NCBI GenBank assembly: GCA_963836435.1
Contig: CAWIJI010000011.1
Location: 9,678 to 73,677 of the forward strand
Origin: an uncultured Acidobacteriota bacterium
GTDB lineage: Bacteria; Acidobacteriota; Terriglobia; 20CM-2-55-15
Direction of reading: 5' to 3'
DNA length: 64,000 nucleotides
A program made the position numbers and the translations under genes. Shown here one piece after another: positions 40,678 through 50,170 of the stretch. Under the pieces are notes generated by a model. The model had not been told where the DNA came from and did not search any database. It saw only the letters and a list, made by a program, of their open reading frames with translations. How positions within the stretch are numbered: the stretch's first letter is position 1; each line of letters begins with the position of its first letter.

Positions 40678-41073
40678 CTATCTGACGATGAGTTCAGCGG
40701 CATTTGCGAGTTCTGTCGCAAGCTTCAACCAGCTGCCCTGATCCTGAGGAGGCCAATTTACGATGTTTCCGTGGCGTTCATGGGGGCGCGTATCGGGCTC
40801 GACAGTCAGTCCACGATTGAAAACTTCAGATGCTGAAAGATCGGCCCGTGCAATTATCGGTTTTCCGCGATGAGGAGCGACGTAGTCATCTCCGAGTTTC
40901 CAAATCTCCCCGTCACCTAGTTCATTTGTCCGATAGATAGATAGACTGAGATTCGCATGCGGAGGCGTGAAAGCGTTGAACTTCACTCGCTTTTTGACGG
41001 CAGAATACTTCGACCTCTCGTCCAAATATCTTGTGAGGCGCTCTTCAGCTCCGACGCTGCGCAGATCGATCAT
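40678..41073 (-). CDS. hypothetical protein (third gene of island operon)
   Basis: 131-aa ORF, 6 nt downstream of the previous gene. Has a ...PHERHGNIVNWPP motif. No confident family call. Confidence 0.45.
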   Translation of the reverse strand: MIDLRSVGAEERLTRYLDERSKYSAVKKRVKFNAFTPPHANLSLSIYRTNELGDGEIWKLGDDYVAPHRGKPIIARADLSASEVFNRGLTVEPDTRPHERHGNIVNWPPQDQGSWLKLATELANAAELIVR

Positions 41074-41079
41074 CTCGGG

Positions 41080-41592
41080 TTACGCCTGCTTGAACCGGTT
41101 CAGCCTCGAAAGGGCATCGATGATGTGTCCCGGAATCGAGTCGTTGAATGCCAGTACCCCGGATATCGCGTTGGGAGTCCCCTCAAGGCTTGCATACGTG
41201 AGCGACTGGCGCCCTGCCATAGCAACCACGAGGAGGTGATTCTTCTCGACGTACCATTCCAGACCAATCTGACCGTTTGGCGAAGGAACAATCTCTGGCA
41301 TCTCATTCATCGAAGGAAGGAGACTGATGAACCGGGATGCTTCCCGATACGCGTCAACTGATATGGGAGCAGCTCCCTCACCGTCCCAGTTTTCCATGCG
41401 GCATTCCACAAAGACTGTGTTGAGTCTCCGGAGCGTCTCAGATTTTGGGCTGAGGAGCACAGCTCGGGCGACGGCCTCGGTGTACTGCCGAACCAATAGC
41501 TGCGCTAGATGCTGCGACTCTACGCCAATACCCGTGTTTGCGTAGTAGCCGAAGCCTTGATAGTTGCGGTGCTCTGCAATGGCTGGACTCAT
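41080..41592 (-). CDS. hypothetical protein (second gene of island operon)
   Basis: 170-aa ORF with a 4-nt overlap with the TIGR04255-like gene. Confidence 0.45.
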   Translation of the reverse strand: MSPAIAEHRNYQGFGYYANTGIGVESQHLAQLLVRQYTEAVARAVLLSPKSETLRRLNTVFVECRMENWDGEGAAPISVDAYREASRFISLLPSMNEMPEIVPSPNGQIGLEWYVEKNHLLVVAMAGRQSLTYASLEGTPNAISGVLAFNDSIPGHIIDALSRLNRFKQA

Positions 41593-42353
41593 TCGAACAA
41601 CCTCACAGCCTTTTCAGTTAGGCTTGCGAAAAAAATCTTGTTTTTGAAGTTCCGGAGACCATCAAGCCTTGGCCAGATCGATGCGTCTCCGGGGTCGAAG
41701 TCGGATTGAATCCTCGTATCAATATCAAGAATGACATTTACCCGGTCCGGTTCCGTTACTCCCTCAAAAGCCTGAGTTATCGTTGCCGTGGCTGTAGGCT
41801 CTTCATTCTCAATCGTGACTCGTGTCACGAACCGCGAGACCTGTTGCGGCAATCCATTCGGAACAATTGGGGCCGCGACTAGATACTCGCCAAATGTATC
41901 GAACGGCGTAGGAAGTGCCAGATCATTGATGAATCTCACACCTAGTTTGGTCACCTTCGTAGGGTTTGTCGCCTCCCGATATAGATGCCACATCTCTTCG
42001 GTCAGCTTTCGAAAGTCCTCCCATTGTGTGTAAGGCCGGAGCCAATTGAACGTAAACCCATCCTTGCGAAATTGGACTGCTCTCGTCTTATCGGCATTAA
42101 GACAACGGAACCCCAAAATGTTCTGCTCGAAGCGACCTTGATTCTCTTTCAGGTCTAATTGAAACTGGCCCTCCGCGACATTGTGAACATTCGGATATTC
42201 GGCCGACACCCGTTCAACAAGGGACTGCAACAATTTCAACTGGAGAGCGCGGTCCGCGTCTTTAGGAAACCCGACGAAAATATCAATCAGGGCTTCTCTA
42301 ATGGGAGCGTTGTTTAGGTGATGGGGCTCACGCATTTTGGGCTCTTCTATCAA
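41589..42353 (-). CDS. TIGR04255-like family protein (conserved protein of unknown function)
   Basis: N-terminal NAPIREALIDIFVGF resembles the TIGR04255 N-terminus. 254 aa. Confidence 0.5.
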   Translation of the reverse strand: MIEEPKMREPHHLNNAPIREALIDIFVGFPKDADRALQLKLLQSLVERVSAEYPNVHNVAEGQFQLDLKENQGRFEQNILGFRCLNADKTRAVQFRKDGFTFNWLRPYTQWEDFRKLTEEMWHLYREATNPTKVTKLGVRFINDLALPTPFDTFGEYLVAAPIVPNGLPQQVSRFVTRVTIENEEPTATATITQAFEGVTEPDRVNVILDIDTRIQSDFDPGDASIWPRLDGLRNFKNKIFFASLTEKAVRLFE

Positions 42354-42775
42354 ATCTTCGACGTTTCAACTAAGAGAACGTGTACTGCCTGGGACGGCAA
42401 AGCCTCGCAAGGACCTTATTGAGTGGTTCGTGCTGTTCATTGAACCCCGGATCCGCGAAGGTCGCCGGTTTCCAACGGGGGCACTAGGGTTCAGTTTCAT
42501 CACTGATGATCCCCTTTCTGTATGACGGTTGCAACCAAGGCGTGATGAAGCCTGACCTTGATGCTCAATCATTTATTACCCGCATGAGGGACAGAGTAGG
42601 TCATGGGCTCTGCCACAATTGGCAACATTGCAATACTTCACATATGAAACTGTCCTCACATGGGGGAACAACCCTCGTGTTTTTGAGCATAGTCAGCAGG
42701 TCAATAGCTCCGAGGTTATGTTGCCGGTATACACGGGCAGCCGTACAACCAGAGCCACGAGAATCAGAGGTCCCT

Positions 42776-43261
42776 ATGGCAAACGAAACACCTCCTCCGG
42801 AGTTGTCGTTGGACGACATCTACCGAAAGTTCGGAGAGGTCGCTGAAGCTGCGCAGCTACTTGAACTCGAACTGGGAACTTTCTTGCTCGGAATTCATGG
42901 GGCCGAATCGAAGCTCTACCTGCTCGAAAACCAAGATCAAGCCATCGAAATCCACGACTTCATTAACAAGAGCACGTTAGGGCAAGTTCTGAAAAGAATC
43001 GGCCGCAAGACAGATGCCGAAGCCGTGGAGCGGCTATTCGCCAAGGCACTTGCCGAACGTAATCGGCTGTCCCATTCCTTCTATCGGCACCACAATTTCC
43101 GACGGAACTCTTCGGAAGGCCGCAGGATCATGCTTGATGATTTGGAAGCGATGCACGAGACAATACTCGACGCGTGGAAGGTGGCCGCCGCCCTGTCAGG
43201 TACAGACTTGGAAGCGTTCAAAGGATTCGTGCTGCCATCGCAGCACGTAGACTTGGATTGA
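42776..43261 (+). CDS. HEPN-like all-alpha protein (Rx4H motif ERNRLSH), paralog 1
   Basis: Start set at MANETPPPEL, since the upstream part of the long ORF is Cys/Arg-rich read-through. Helical throughout, with the candidate catalytic motif near the C-terminal third. Confidence 0.45.
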   Translation: MANETPPPELSLDDIYRKFGEVAEAAQLLELELGTFLLGIHGAESKLYLLENQDQAIEIHDFINKSTLGQVLKRIGRKTDAEAVERLFAKALAERNRLSHSFYRHHNFRRNSSEGRRIMLDDLEAMHETILDAWKVAAALSGTDLEAFKGFVLPSQHVDLD

Positions 43262-43360
43262 CGAGCCGCTGGAAGAATTGCCTCATTTGAGATAATCAGC
43301 AACATGCCGCACTCGACATACGGCGATAGAATCCCACTAACGATTCCCTTCGGAGGTTGT

Positions 43361-43693
43361 ATGAATAAGAGTATGCTTCCCAAATTGGTTGGTTCCCATC
43401 TACGAGTCCGGCCAATCTTGCGCCGATTCGATGAGTTCGGGGAACTTTCGCCTGAGGATGATCGCTGGCACGTCCAATACGCGGACGCCGAGGGAATCCG
43501 CGTATTGAATATTCGAACGCACCATGTCCTGACGATTCCGCCCGACCACATCCATGAGTTTCGTTCCGACAGTTCACCCTACTTTCCGGGAATAGCAACG
43601 GGCTTCCTGATGTTGCACAGCCAAGTTTGGCTTCAGGGTAGGAATGCTGGCCTCGAACCTCTGGATTGGGCATACGAACCGCGCAACTATTGA
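43361..43693 (+). CDS. small hypothetical protein between the two HEPN-like paralogs
   Basis: About 110-aa ORF from MNKSMLPKL. No recognisable motif. Confidence 0.3.
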   Translation: MNKSMLPKLVGSHLRVRPILRRFDEFGELSPEDDRWHVQYADAEGIRVLNIRTHHVLTIPPDHIHEFRSDSSPYFPGIATGFLMLHSQVWLQGRNAGLEPLDWAYEPRNY

Positions 43694-43704
43694 GGTACGC
43701 CTCA

Positions 43705-44154
43705 ATGAGCAAAGATGCGTTCTTCCTAAACGTCGCCCATGCACTTTCCGGTTGTCAACTGGTTGAGCAGGAGCTAAAGCTCTACATCACGGAGGCACTT
43801 GATTTCGTCAGACAGCGACTTGACGACAGAATGCCTTTCAAGATGTGCGGAGAGAACTATGCAAACTCGTCATTGGAGGGGCTGATTTCAATATTCCAGA
43901 AACTCACAAGAAATGTTGAACTCGTCAATCAACTGGGAAAGTTCAAAGAAGAGCGCAATTTTCTTAGTCACAAAGGAATCGCAGCTTGCTTCGACTACGA
44001 TGGTGAGTTTGACTACCCTACGGCGCTTGACATGCAGCCCCGGTTAGATGGGATAAAAATTGAAGCAGAAAGACTTCGCCATGCCATCCACGAGGAAGGA
44101 AGCAAAATTGAAAGGTGCCGGCCGGCGGATTTTGATGACGTGTCGGAACAATAA
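43705..44154 (+). CDS. HEPN-like all-alpha protein (Rx4H motif ERNFLSH), paralog 2
   Basis: Start MSKDAFFLNV, with GAGG 8 nt upstream. Collinear similarity to paralog 1 (...LGQVLKRIGRK...AERNRLSH versus ...LEGLISIFQKLTRN...EERNFLSH). Confidence 0.45.
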   Translation: MSKDAFFLNVAHALSGCQLVEQELKLYITEALDFVRQRLDDRMPFKMCGENYANSSLEGLISIFQKLTRNVELVNQLGKFKEERNFLSHKGIAACFDYDGEFDYPTALDMQPRLDGIKIEAERLRHAIHEEGSKIERCRPADFDDVSEQ

Positions 44155-44214
44155 GATCACAGAACCCTAAACGGCAACTCCGCCTCTGCGAGTGCTGCTT
44201 CGCGAATCTTGCGA

Positions 44215-44646
44215 TCAGATGAGAACGCCCGCTTTTGAATCTCGATGTCGGATTCGAGTCGAACCGCAAGCGAAGTTAGTCCGACAACAAGGACGGAGCA
44301 ACCGAGAGCGTTTGCTCTTCTCGGAAAGCTCATGCAGCTTGGGATCTGATTTCTCAAGGAAAGCAAAAAACTCTTCCTCCTCCTTCGGTCGCATACTCGC
44401 CGGTTTTGCCTCACCCGACATACTTGCCGCACTAGGACGCGCAGCAATAGATTCCTCGACAGCAGCAACGTGCTTGCACTTCTGCCCTTGGCGATACTGC
44501 GACGACGGACAGGAGCAGGGCGGAGTGCTGCGGAGGTCTATGAGATAGCGAATGCCAGGTCCCTTCTCTGAGGCGACGCTGTAATCACCCTCTGGCTCCT
44601 CCCGAACATCGGGGTTCCACGTTGCCGTACTCGCCTTAGTTGACAT
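44215..44646 (-). CDS. small SWIM-type zinc-finger ORF (CxCx(n)CxH). Boundaries are uncertain.
   Basis: CSCPSSQYRQGQKCKH matches the SWIM pattern. The C-terminal part may continue in another frame (44157..44468). Confidence 0.35.
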   Translation of the reverse strand: MSTKASTATWNPDVREEPEGDYSVASEKGPGIRYLIDLRSTPPCSCPSSQYRQGQKCKHVAAVEESIAARPSAASMSGEAKPASMRPKEEEEFFAFLEKSDPKLHELSEKSKRSRLLRPCCRTNFACGSTRIRHRDSKAGVLI

Positions 44647-45456
44647 ACTTACCTCCCCGCTCCATGACACGTCGGCAAACCGCTTCCGTTGTGGTTCTCC
44701 GCTCCCGTGCGCTCCGCCGCAAATACACCTTGCACCATGCCTGCACTCCATCACGAGAGGATTTGTTCGACCAAAACTCGGAGCGCGGCTGCGGCTTGCC
44801 CCGTTTGTGGCAGCGGGAATTCGTGCACACCTTCTTGAAGGCCGAACTCCATGCCGGGTGTAATTGTTGTGGAACAGGCTCTTGCACTGGACTGGACGGA
44901 GCAGAAGCGGTCGTGTGAATGCCTAACCACGAACCACGCGCTACAAAAACCACAGGGCCGAAACGCCACGTGGACAAGCTTTGGCGCCGGTTGTTCAGCG
45001 TCGACTAATTTTGTCCTGCGACGACAATTAGAATCCTGGTCGTGGTTTGTTATTAATCGTCGCCGGGCTTGTGAGTAACTGTGGAAAACGCAGCAGGGTT
45101 TTCCAAACAGCGTTGGAAATCCCCAACGGAAGCCTTCGGCAATTTTTTCTTGATGATTTCCACACGCTGCTTGAAAAAGCCTACGCAAAAACCGCTTCGG
45201 CTTTTTCACAGTTACACACAGGCCCGGCGGCGGATAAATAAACAACTCACGGGTTACTTTTAAAATGAGTTGCCGACATCCCCCAAAGTTACATTTTCAA
45301 ATGAATTGATAGAGTCCGGCCCTTTTGCGTGTGTGGGGAATTTTGGGGGAAGCATCCGCCTTCAGGAAGCCCGTGAGTGTGCCTTCCACGAAATCGTTAT
45401 CGGGAACGTCAGGACCGTAACGACATCGATAAAGAGAGTCCACCGTGAAGCGCACT

Positions 45457-47134
45457 CTAGGAGCCTGTAGGGGATAGATTTCTAGATTTCGATCAAAAAC
45501 GGGACCAGTGTTGACGAGCGGGCAGGTAAAAGACGAAGGCATGACCAAATGCTTTGTTGATGACGAAATCGATCAGATATTGATGATGCCGCCGTCGCTG
45601 CACGATTGGCTCCCGGAAGACCATTTGGCGCGATTCGTGGCGGATTTGGTGCCGAGCCTGGATCTGTCGGCGTTCTACGCTTCCTATGAAGAGAAAGATG
45701 GACGAGGCAATGCTGCCTATCATCCGGTGATGATGGTGCGGTTGCTGGTCTATGGCTACTGCATCGGAGTCGTGAGTTCGCGGCAGATCGAGAAACGGAC
45801 ATACGAGGATGTGGCGTTCCGGTATTTGAGCGCGGATGAACATCCGCACTACACGACGATCAACGAATTTCGGAAACGGCATTTGAAAGCATTGGAGGGA
45901 TTGTTCCTGCAGGTGCTGGAGCTATGTCAGGCAGCGGGTCTGGTGAAGATGGGGCATGTGGCCCTGGACGGGACGAAGAAGCAGGCGAACGCCAGCAAGC
46001 ACAAGGCGATGAGCTATGGGCGGATGGGAGAAGCGGAAGAAAGGCTCAGAGCGCAGGTGAAGGAACTGCTCGATCGCGCTGAAGCCGTCGACGCGGCCGA
46101 AGATGAAATGGAGCGGCAAGGTTACAGCGACAAGTTGCCTGCGGAATTGGCGCGGCGGGAGAGCCGGTTGAAAAAAATCGCCGAGGCGAAGGCGGCGCTG
46201 GAAGCGGAAGCGCGGCGGAAAGCGGAAGAGAAGAAAGCTCAAGCCGAGGCGCGAATTGCCGAGCGGCAGCAGCAGGAGCAGGAGACGGGAAAGAAGATCG
46301 GCGGGCGGGCGCCGCAGATTCCCGATCCGGAGCAGGCCAAGCCAGAGGATTGCGCGCAACGCAATTTCACCGATCCTGACAGCCGGATTATGGTCGACGG
46401 AGCGAACAAAGGCAGCTTCGTACAAGCCTACAACGCGCAGATCGCGGTGGATGCCGAAGCGCAAATCATCGTTGCCGCCGACGTCACGCAGGAAGTCAAC
46501 GACAAGCAGCAATTGGCGCCGATGTTCGAGCAGGTCGAAAAGAATACAGGAGCCAAACCAGTGGCGGGCAGCGCCGATAATGGTTATTGGGCTCCAGAAC
46601 AAATTGCCGACAAGCACGTCGAAGGCATCGATCTCCACATAGCCACCGGGCGGGATAAGCATGGAGCATCGGAGCAAACCGCGCCGTCAGCGGAGTCCGC
46701 AAAAGCGGCGACAGCTCTGGAGCAGATGAAGCAGAAACTGCAAACGGAGGCGGGGCGCGCCATTTACAAAATGCGCAAGGCGATCGTCGAACCAGTGTTT
46801 GGCCAGATCAAGGAATGCCGTCATTTTCGACGCTTCAGTCTTCGAGGCTTGGAAAACGTCAGAGCGGAGTGGAAACTTGTCTGCGCGACACACAACCTTC
46901 TGAAGTTATTTCGATCGGGACGCGGATTTCAGGCTGCGGCGGCATGAAGAGGATGCAGGAACCTCAGAAAACATGATGAGACCGAACTTCTCTCGCCAGT
47001 CTCCCCGTGTTCTCGTGCGTCAAGCCTCAAACGCAATGTCGACGGTTCCCGAACGGCGACCTGCGGAATTTTTCGACACGGAAAATTTCGAATTTTGGGA
47101 ACGGCGACCTGCCTTATCCCCTACAGGCTCCTAG
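45457..47134 (+). mobile_element. IS1182-like insertion sequence (about 1.68 kb) with perfect 20-bp terminal inverted repeats
   Basis: Left end CTAGGAGCCTGTAGGGGATA at 45457-45476. Right end TATCCCCTACAGGCTCCTAG at 47115-47134 is its exact reverse complement. Single transposase ORF inside. Confidence 0.85.
45541..46947 (+). CDS. IS1182-family (IS5-superfamily) DDE transposase
   Basis: N-terminal ...LPEDHLARFV... region, a central coiled-coil and a DDE_Tnp_1-like C-terminal half. About 468 aa from MTKCFVDDEI. Confidence 0.8.
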   Translation: MTKCFVDDEIDQILMMPPSLHDWLPEDHLARFVADLVPSLDLSAFYASYEEKDGRGNAAYHPVMMVRLLVYGYCIGVVSSRQIEKRTYEDVAFRYLSADEHPHYTTINEFRKRHLKALEGLFLQVLELCQAAGLVKMGHVALDGTKKQANASKHKAMSYGRMGEAEERLRAQVKELLDRAEAVDAAEDEMERQGYSDKLPAELARRESRLKKIAEAKAALEAEARRKAEEKKAQAEARIAERQQQEQETGKKIGGRAPQIPDPEQAKPEDCAQRNFTDPDSRIMVDGANKGSFVQAYNAQIAVDAEAQIIVAADVTQEVNDKQQLAPMFEQVEKNTGAKPVAGSADNGYWAPEQIADKHVEGIDLHIATGRDKHGASEQTAPSAESAKAATALEQMKQKLQTEAGRAIYKMRKAIVEPVFGQIKECRHFRRFSLRGLENVRAEWKLVCATHNLLKLFRSGRGFQAAAA

Positions 47135-47226
47135 GTCTAGGAACGACGCGGCTCTGACAGCTTGACTGCTCGGGCGCCCGATTCGCTTATATACCGCTCC
47201 GTCAATGGCATACCATTCTGAGTGCC

Positions 47227-48051
47227 ATGTACAGCCAGCTCGCCGCGCTCTCCAGTGACCACGTTGTGCTTGATCTGGGCAGTGGCAGTAGCAGCTTTCA
47301 CTACGAAACATGTCCCGCAAAGATCATTGCGATCGACGTATCGTCTGACAGAACGCCCGTCATGCTTTCTGAACGCGTGGCCTTCATTCATGCAAATGCA
47401 GCTTCTCTCCCACTGGCCGACAAATCAGCGGACGTCGTTATCTCTCACCACACGTTGGAGCATTTCGCCGACTACAGGGGGGTACTGTCGGAAATATATC
47501 GAGTCTTGAGACCTGACGGTTGGTTATGGATTGCGGTGCCAAACGGTTATGGTTTCGACGATTTTCTTTACCGGTGGGTGTTCTCGGGGGGTGGGCATGT
47601 CAACCGGTTCAGGCATGATGCACTCGTTACCGAAGTGGAGGAAGTAACGCGACTTCGGTTGCGCGATGAGTGCGCGTTGTTCAGCGGTTTCGTTTATCTG
47701 AAAAAGCCGACGGCGCGCGAGCTGCAACACTACCCGCCATCAGCCAGGCCTCTTGGAAATATTCCGGACGGTTTTTCCCACTTTGGCTCTCTCGCGTTGA
47801 ACGGTGTTACACGCATTGCCGACAGACTGTTTGGGTCGCGTCTCAGCCAATATGGCTGGGGATTGTTATTTTCGAATGCCGGATTGAATGCCTCGGGGCT
47901 TCCTTCGTACTTCAATGTTTGCCGCAGCTGTGGGTCCGGGCTCTCCTATCGCTTGCTGAAACGGAAAACTCTCTTTGGAGTCGGTCTTTATCATTGTCCT
48001 TACTGCAAAGTGCCCAACGTTTGTGTCGTTCCACCGGATTCTTGTGAATAA
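47227..48051 (+). CDS. class I SAM-dependent methyltransferase (Methyltransf_11-like)
   Basis: Motif I VLDLGSGSSSF, ...VISHHTLEHF..., LRPDGWLWIAVPNG. Confidence 0.8.
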   Translation: MYSQLAALSSDHVVLDLGSGSSSFHYETCPAKIIAIDVSSDRTPVMLSERVAFIHANAASLPLADKSADVVISHHTLEHFADYRGVLSEIYRVLRPDGWLWIAVPNGYGFDDFLYRWVFSGGGHVNRFRHDALVTEVEEVTRLRLRDECALFSGFVYLKKPTARELQHYPPSARPLGNIPDGFSHFGSLALNGVTRIADRLFGSRLSQYGWGLLFSNAGLNASGLPSYFNVCRSCGSGLSYRLLKRKTLFGVGLYHCPYCKVPNVCVVPPDSCE

Positions 48052-48138
48052 CTGCGATGAAAATGCTGAGCTCGTTATGGCGGGCGTAACGAGAATTTTG
48101 TTCCCGCAAGGCATAACGGGCCAGGCGCCGAAGGCGCC

Positions 48139-48400
48139 CTGGAGTTTAGAAATTTTTGAGTCTGAGCGGGCGCGGAGACACGAGGTTACGTCTCCGGTTT
48201 GCAGGTTCGTCCGCAAGGCGATGGCGACGTTGAAACGTGAGTCTCAAGCACGCCGGAGGCGTGCTGAGAATTTAGCCCCGGGTTAAGCGAGCGAAGCGAG
48301 CGCAACCCGGGGTTGCCGTAACGGAGATGTTCGCACCCCGGCAGGGGTGCAGGGATTCCTCGCACCCCGGCAGGGGTGCGAAGGCCGCTCGTGAGATGAG
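48139..48400 (+). repeat. MITE-like hairpin repeat family, copy 3 (with extra ~100-bp module after the left TIR)
   Basis: ctggagtttagaaattttt ... [100-bp module also present inverted at 60247-60352] ... cacgccggaggcgtgctgagaatttagccccgggttaagcgagcgaagcgagcgcaacccgggg ... gtgagatgag. Confidence 0.8.
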
Positions 48401-48455
48401 CAATCTTCCTGAGGATATCCGACTCAAGCGTTCCTGACGGATAGTTCAAGCGTAA

Positions 48456-49175
48456 ATGATATCTTCCGGCAGAATGATGAGGCGAACGGCTCGCATCTGT
48501 TGGATCGTGGCAATAGTTGCGCTGGCAACCCTGCCCTTCCTGGGCCGCGCTGTTTTCCTGGATGAACATTTGTTGCTCCTGCTCGTGCGCGGAGTTTTGA
48601 CGAACGGCGTGTCGGCCCATCTGGATGTGCCGACTATCTTCTTTGGAATTTCTCTCGAGAATCTGTCTTCGCATGCGCATCCGCCAGTAGCCGAATACTG
48701 TCTCGCCCTGCTCTACAAATTGTTCGGCGGCTTCAATGGGCCGGGATTCCGCATGGCGTTTTCTCTTTTTCCTCTTTCCGCCGCACTTGCCTTCTATGAT
48801 CTCGCTCGGCGTTTCACGCGCACTCCTTTGATCGTTACCCTGGTTTTTGCTGCCAGTCCCGCTTACTTCGTGATGAGTTCCACTTTGATGGCGGACATTC
48901 CCTCTCTGAGTTTTCTGCTCATTGGCTTCGCTTTGTATCTCAGGGGATCCTTATGGCCGGCTTCATTCTCTTTTGCACTCGCGCTCGGCACGACCTATCC
49001 GACTTTGATTCCTTTTTGTTCTCTGCTCATCTGGATGGCGTTGAATCGGCGTCCTGCTCGAGAGTTTGCGGCGCTGGCCGCTGCTCCCCTACCTCTCGTG
49101 GCGTGGTTGGCCCTGACCGCATTTCATTTCCATCAGATTCCACTTCTTCTTCCAAGTCGTCATACAGAGGGATGA
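48456..49175 (+). CDS. polytopic membrane protein resembling the N-terminal half of a GT-C glycosyltransferase (PMT/ArnT-like); possibly truncated
   Basis: DE motif in the first loop (FLDEH) and about 7 TM helices. Only 239 aa, against 450-550 aa for typical family members. A downstream +ORF (49351..49815) might be a displaced C-terminal part. Confidence 0.4.
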   Translation: MISSGRMMRRTARICWIVAIVALATLPFLGRAVFLDEHLLLLLVRGVLTNGVSAHLDVPTIFFGISLENLSSHAHPPVAEYCLALLYKLFGGFNGPGFRMAFSLFPLSAALAFYDLARRFTRTPLIVTLVFAASPAYFVMSSTLMADIPSLSFLLIGFALYLRGSLWPASFSFALALGTTYPTLIPFCSLLIWMALNRRPAREFAALAAAPLPLVAWLALTAFHFHQIPLLLPSRHTEG

Positions 49176-49584
49176 CAACCGACAGTTTCATGGAATTTCT
49201 GGTCGCTGTTTGGAAGCAGTCATCCCGCAATCTTTGGTGGCCTTCCGCGGACGTTCAATACCTTTCTGAGAGTGAGGGGTGGCGTATCCTTTCAGCAGGA
49301 TGCTTGACCTGCGTGACTAAAAGTAAGGAGACGCTTGTCGGTGGGCGTCGGTGATGGAGCTGTTTTGTTGCGGCCAGAGTGACTGGAGCCGCGACGGTTA
49401 CGCCGATCAGAGGATAGTCGTACCAAGGACATTGTTGGATGCGATCGCTTCCTTTGGTTATGTGAAGGACTGGTACCGACCACCGAAACGCGGCTTTATC
49501 GAGGTACTGAGGAGGCTTTGCCTTATGCGACCTTCGGCTCGGAAGATGCTCGCCGGTCTCTCTCCCAGCGAGTTTACCGGGCCG

Positions 49585-50037
49585 CTACTCGTTGACTCTT
49601 TGAAGCTGCTTAACGTCCAGCAGGTCCTTGTCCCGGCCGGACGCTTTCTTGTTCGCAATCAAAGCATCGAGACCAATGTAATCGACGGTATGTCCACCAA
49701 GATCTCCCTGAACCCGAGACGTCCACGCCTGTTCGAAGGACAAACCAGAGATCATCGTCAAGATGTCGATCCTATTGGGTGGCCGGCCAAGCTGAATCAT
49801 TCGGCCAGGCTTTGAAAGGTCTTCAATCGTGAGGGATAACGCTCCGAAGCCAAAAGCCGCAAGGGCATCCATTACTCTTGCTGCATTTTCTGACGTCGGT
49901 CTTACGAGGATATCGATATCGCCTGTATAGCGGGGATGTCCGTGAAATGCCACGGCGTGCCCGCCAACGACAAGAAACTCAACTTTCCTGGAGATCAGTA
50001 ATACGACAAACTCGCTCAAATCGGTCTGCAGCGCCAA
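49585..50037 (-). CDS. minimal nucleotidyltransferase-fold protein (MNT-like)
   Basis: Signature VVGGHAVAFHGHPRYTGDIDILV (GGx9-13 DxD). Confidence 0.6.
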   Translation of the reverse strand: MALQTDLSEFVVLLISRKVEFLVVGGHAVAFHGHPRYTGDIDILVRPTSENAARVMDALAAFGFGALSLTIEDLSKPGRMIQLGRPPNRIDILTMISGLSFEQAWTSRVQGDLGGHTVDYIGLDALIANKKASGRDKDLLDVKQLQRVNE

Positions 50038-50170
50038 GAGACCTCCGGTAGTTTTCGATCAGGTTGAGGAGGATGTCGACGCGTTCTTTGGGTGTAAGAC
50101 TGGCATAGTACTCAGCGTCGGCGCGTTCCGCTTCTTCAAAGCTTTGAAAGACTCTGGCTTCGCGTTCCAC
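49979..50170 (-). CDS. small helical protein upstream of and overlapping the MNT-like gene (possible cognate partner)
   Basis: 63-aa ORF (FQSFEEAERADAEYYASLTPKERVDILLNL...). Overlaps the NTase start by 59 nt. Confidence 0.35.
   Translation of the reverse strand: MEREARVFQSFEEAERADAEYYASLTPKERVDILLNLIENYRRSLGAADRFERVCRITDLQES

Noticed and set aside
42506-42775. N-terminal 90 codons of the long ORF 42506..43261
   Set aside because: They are Cys/Arg/His-rich with no helical periodicity, unlike the clean helical domain that starts at MANETPPPEL. Treated as upstream non-coding read-through.
44751-45245. 164-aa Cys/His-rich ORF on the minus strand upstream of the SWIM-like ORF
   Set aside because: Part of its apparent conservation, the FHSY(S/T)QARRR segment, comes from a DNA-level inverted repeat (45066-45086 and 45196-45217) that produces similar peptides on both strands. 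This is more likely non-coding structured DNA next to the IS than a gene.
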